DNA from: Minisyncoccota bacterium
GTDB taxonomy: Bacteria; Patescibacteriota; Minisyncoccia; UBA6257; 2-01-FULL-56-20
DNA length: 56,023 nucleotides
Reading direction: 5' to 3'
NCBI GenBank assembly: GCA_025449695.1
Contig: JANWIW010000013.1
Coordinates: 1 to 56,023 of the forward strand
Below are positions 54,057 through 56,023 of this stretch, one piece after another. The notes below the pieces were generated by a model. It searched no databases. It saw nothing but the letters and a program-made list of their open reading frames with translations, and was not told the origin of the DNA. The translations under genes were made by a program, and so were the position numbers. How positions within the stretch are numbered: position 1 is the first letter of the stretch; each line of letters begins with the position of its first letter.

Positions 54057-55973
54057 ATGCGCAGTTTTCTCCGCATGTATGCTGCGTGGACCGCAGCCTC
54101 TTCGTGGTTCCTGATGGGCATCGTGCTCCTCGCCGCCGCCGGGCTCATGGGCTACTCCGCCTGGCAGGAAAGCGCAATCATGGACGAGCTGGCGCACATA
54201 CCGGCGGGATACGGCTACGTCCACTCGCTCGATTACCGCCTGAACCCTGAGCACCCTCCGCTTGTGAAGGCGCTCGCCGCCGCGCCGCTCCTTCTCCTCC
54301 AGCCAGCGTTCCCGGAAACCGATCCCGCCTGGACCACTGCAGTGAACGGGCAATGGGACATGGGCACGAGCTTCCTCTATCACTCGGGTAACGATCCTGA
54401 ACGAGTCATACGAACATCGCGTATCCTGCCGATTGTCCTTACCCTGCTTTTTATCCTCGTGACCTACCTCTGGGCGCGCGAGCGCCTGGGGCCTCTTTGG
54501 GCGAACTTGCCTGCGGTTCTTCTGGCCCTTTCCCCTATCGTCCTTGCCCACGGCCACTACGTGACGACGGACATCGGCGCGGCCTTGGGCATAGTGCTTA
54601 CCGCTTGGAGCGCGACCCGCTATCTGGCATCGCCTACCCGCAGGAACTTCTGGTACGCGGTCCTGGCCCTCGGCGTGGCCGAGCTTATGAAGTTCTCCGC
54701 GGTTCTTCTCCTTCCTTACCTCGCGTTCCTCTTCCTCGTCCACTGGCTGGCGCACCGCCCCGAAAGAACCTTCTGGTCCTACGCCCGTGATCTCGTTCTC
54801 ATGTGCGCGATGGCGTATCTCGTCGTCGTGTACCCCGTCTATTTCTTGTTCACCGCGCAGTATCCCATAGACAAACAAGCATCCGACACTGTCGCCATCC
54901 TCAGCTCCTATGAGGGCGGTCCTCCCGAGGGGGGAACCGTTTGCCGTCCCGCCCGCTGCCTCGCGGAACTCGACATCTGGATGTCCCGCCATGCCCTGAC
55001 CCGGCCGATCGCGCAATATCTCCTGGGGGTCATCATGGTCCAGCAGCGGGCCACAGCCGGAAATACGGCGTATTTCGTGGGCGACGTTTCCGCCGCCGGT
55101 TCGCATTGGTACTTCCCCGTCGTCTACGCGCTAAAAGAGACTCTACCCGCCCTCCTCTTTCTGCTCGTGGGCCTTTGGGGCGGGCTCTCCCGCCTCGTTG
55201 ACCGGGCACGCGCCGCCCCATGGCTCCAGGCATTCCGGACATATCTCCGTTCCTCTTTCACTGAGTTCGCCATGCTCGCGTTCGTGGTGCTTTACTGGGC
55301 GTACAGCGTGAAGAGTCCCCTCAACATAGGCGTTCGCCACATCCTGCCCACCATACCCTTCATGTACCTCCTCGCCGCCTCGGCCTGGCGCCGCTGGCTG
55401 ATGCGCTTCGAGCTCCGGCGGGACCAGGGTCCGCTCACGATGATGAAGGATGCCGCTCGCGCCATGGGGTACGCCACCTTGAAGGGGGCCATGCTCGGGG
55501 CAATCCTGCTCTGGGTTGTGATAGAGACGGCGCTGGCTGCGCCGCACTTCCTGGCCTCATTCAACGAGTTCGGCGGCGGACCGACGGAGGGCTACCGTTA
55601 CGTGACCGACTCCAACTTCGATTGGGGACAGGACTTCCTCTACCTGCGGGAGCTCGTGAACGCTCATCCGGAGATAGACCGCATCGCCGTAGATTATTTC
55701 GGCGCGGCGAACTCCGCATATTACCTTGGCGCGCGCGCGGCCGACTGGTACTCCGCGAAGGGCGACCCGCGCGCGCAAGGCATCCATTGGCTTGCGGTAT
55801 CGGCGAACAACCTGCAGAACGCCATCCAGCCGAAAGCGGCGGGGTATTCGCGCAAGCCGGAGGATGAGTACGGCTGGCTCACCGCCATGCGCGCATCCTC
55901 GCCGGGACTGGGCGGCATCCCGGAGCCCGATTACCGGGCGGGAACTTCCATATTCGTGTACCACTTGCCTTGA
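54057..55973 (+). CDS. GT39/PMT_2-type phospholipid-carrier-dependent glycosyltransferase
   Basis: ESAIMDELAHIPAGYGY...NPEHPPLVKAL and many helices. Start set at the ATG at 54057. Confidence 0.85.
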   Translation: MRSFLRMYAAWTAASSWFLMGIVLLAAAGLMGYSAWQESAIMDELAHIPAGYGYVHSLDYRLNPEHPPLVKALAAAPLLLLQPAFPETDPAWTTAVNGQWDMGTSFLYHSGNDPERVIRTSRILPIVLTLLFILVTYLWARERLGPLWANLPAVLLALSPIVLAHGHYVTTDIGAALGIVLTAWSATRYLASPTRRNFWYAVLALGVAELMKFSAVLLLPYLAFLFLVHWLAHRPERTFWSYARDLVLMCAMAYLVVVYPVYFLFTAQYPIDKQASDTVAILSSYEGGPPEGGTVCRPARCLAELDIWMSRHALTRPIAQYLLGVIMVQQRATAGNTAYFVGDVSAAGSHWYFPVVYALKETLPALLFLLVGLWGGLSRLVDRARAAPWLQAFRTYLRSSFTEFAMLAFVVLYWAYSVKSPLNIGVRHILPTIPFMYLLAASAWRRWLMRFELRRDQGPLTMMKDAARAMGYATLKGAMLGAILLWVVIETALAAPHFLASFNEFGGGPTEGYRYVTDSNFDWGQDFLYLRELVNAHPEIDRIAVDYFGAANSAYYLGARAADWYSAKGDPRAQGIHWLAVSANNLQNAIQPKAAGYSRKPEDEYGWLTAMRASSPGLGGIPEPDYRAGTSIFVYHLP

Positions 55974-55995
55974 ACCACAAATGTAAGTGATGAAG

Positions 55996-56023
55996 CTTTG
56001 TCATTCCCGCGCAGGCGGGAATC
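55996..56023. repeat. Partial palindromic element at the window edge
   Basis: tttgtcattcccgcgcaggcgggaatc (ATTCCCGC-GCAG-GCGGGAAT). Confidence 0.5.

Overview
High-GC (~60% by eye) bacterial window. I infer a Candidate Phyla Radiation / Parcubacteria-like organism from the intron-laden 23S rRNA, DUF4012, lamin-tail-domain and GT39 proteins, and many small secreted or membrane proteins. The left third holds a minus-strand 23S-5S rRNA unit with its own near-consensus promoter and no 16S gene upstream. The 23S gene spans ~5.5 kb because it carries three group-I-type introns, which my hand alignment places at E. coli sites U1931, U1951 and U2593. Two of these introns encode LAGLIDADG homing endonucleases. 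The gene also has a ~85-nt low-complexity hairpin in domain I and a 594-nt insertion in the helix-63 region. That insertion is closed by a 22-bp stem and contains a complete tRNA-Phe(GAA)-like gene plus a second tRNA-like 3' module. The rest is mostly housekeeping or envelope genes: nrdAB, metK behind a divergent SAM-I-like leader, lepA, a truncated pyruvate kinase operon, an Nramp transporter, an ABC-2 exporter, GH18, DUF4012/GT39 and secreted LTD/EEP/tail-fibre-like proteins. Accessory-looking items include a ThiF/E1-like adenylyltransferase and a GNAT-like gene wedged between a response regulator and its histidine kinase. There is also a visibly AT-rich ~1.9-kb islet abutting tRNA-Asn that starts with an Rx4H (HEPN-like) ORF. 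The intergenic space is unusual. It is built from low-complexity word hairpins (AGGTT/GTAACC and TAGTGAG vocabularies), a GTCATCC...GGATGAC palindromic element family, and a CTTCGCTAAAGCTTCGG hairpin module reused in an rRNA spacer and a riboswitch. Most long antisense ORFs in the six-frame track are GC artefacts. All family assignments rest on motif recognition by eye, not on searches.
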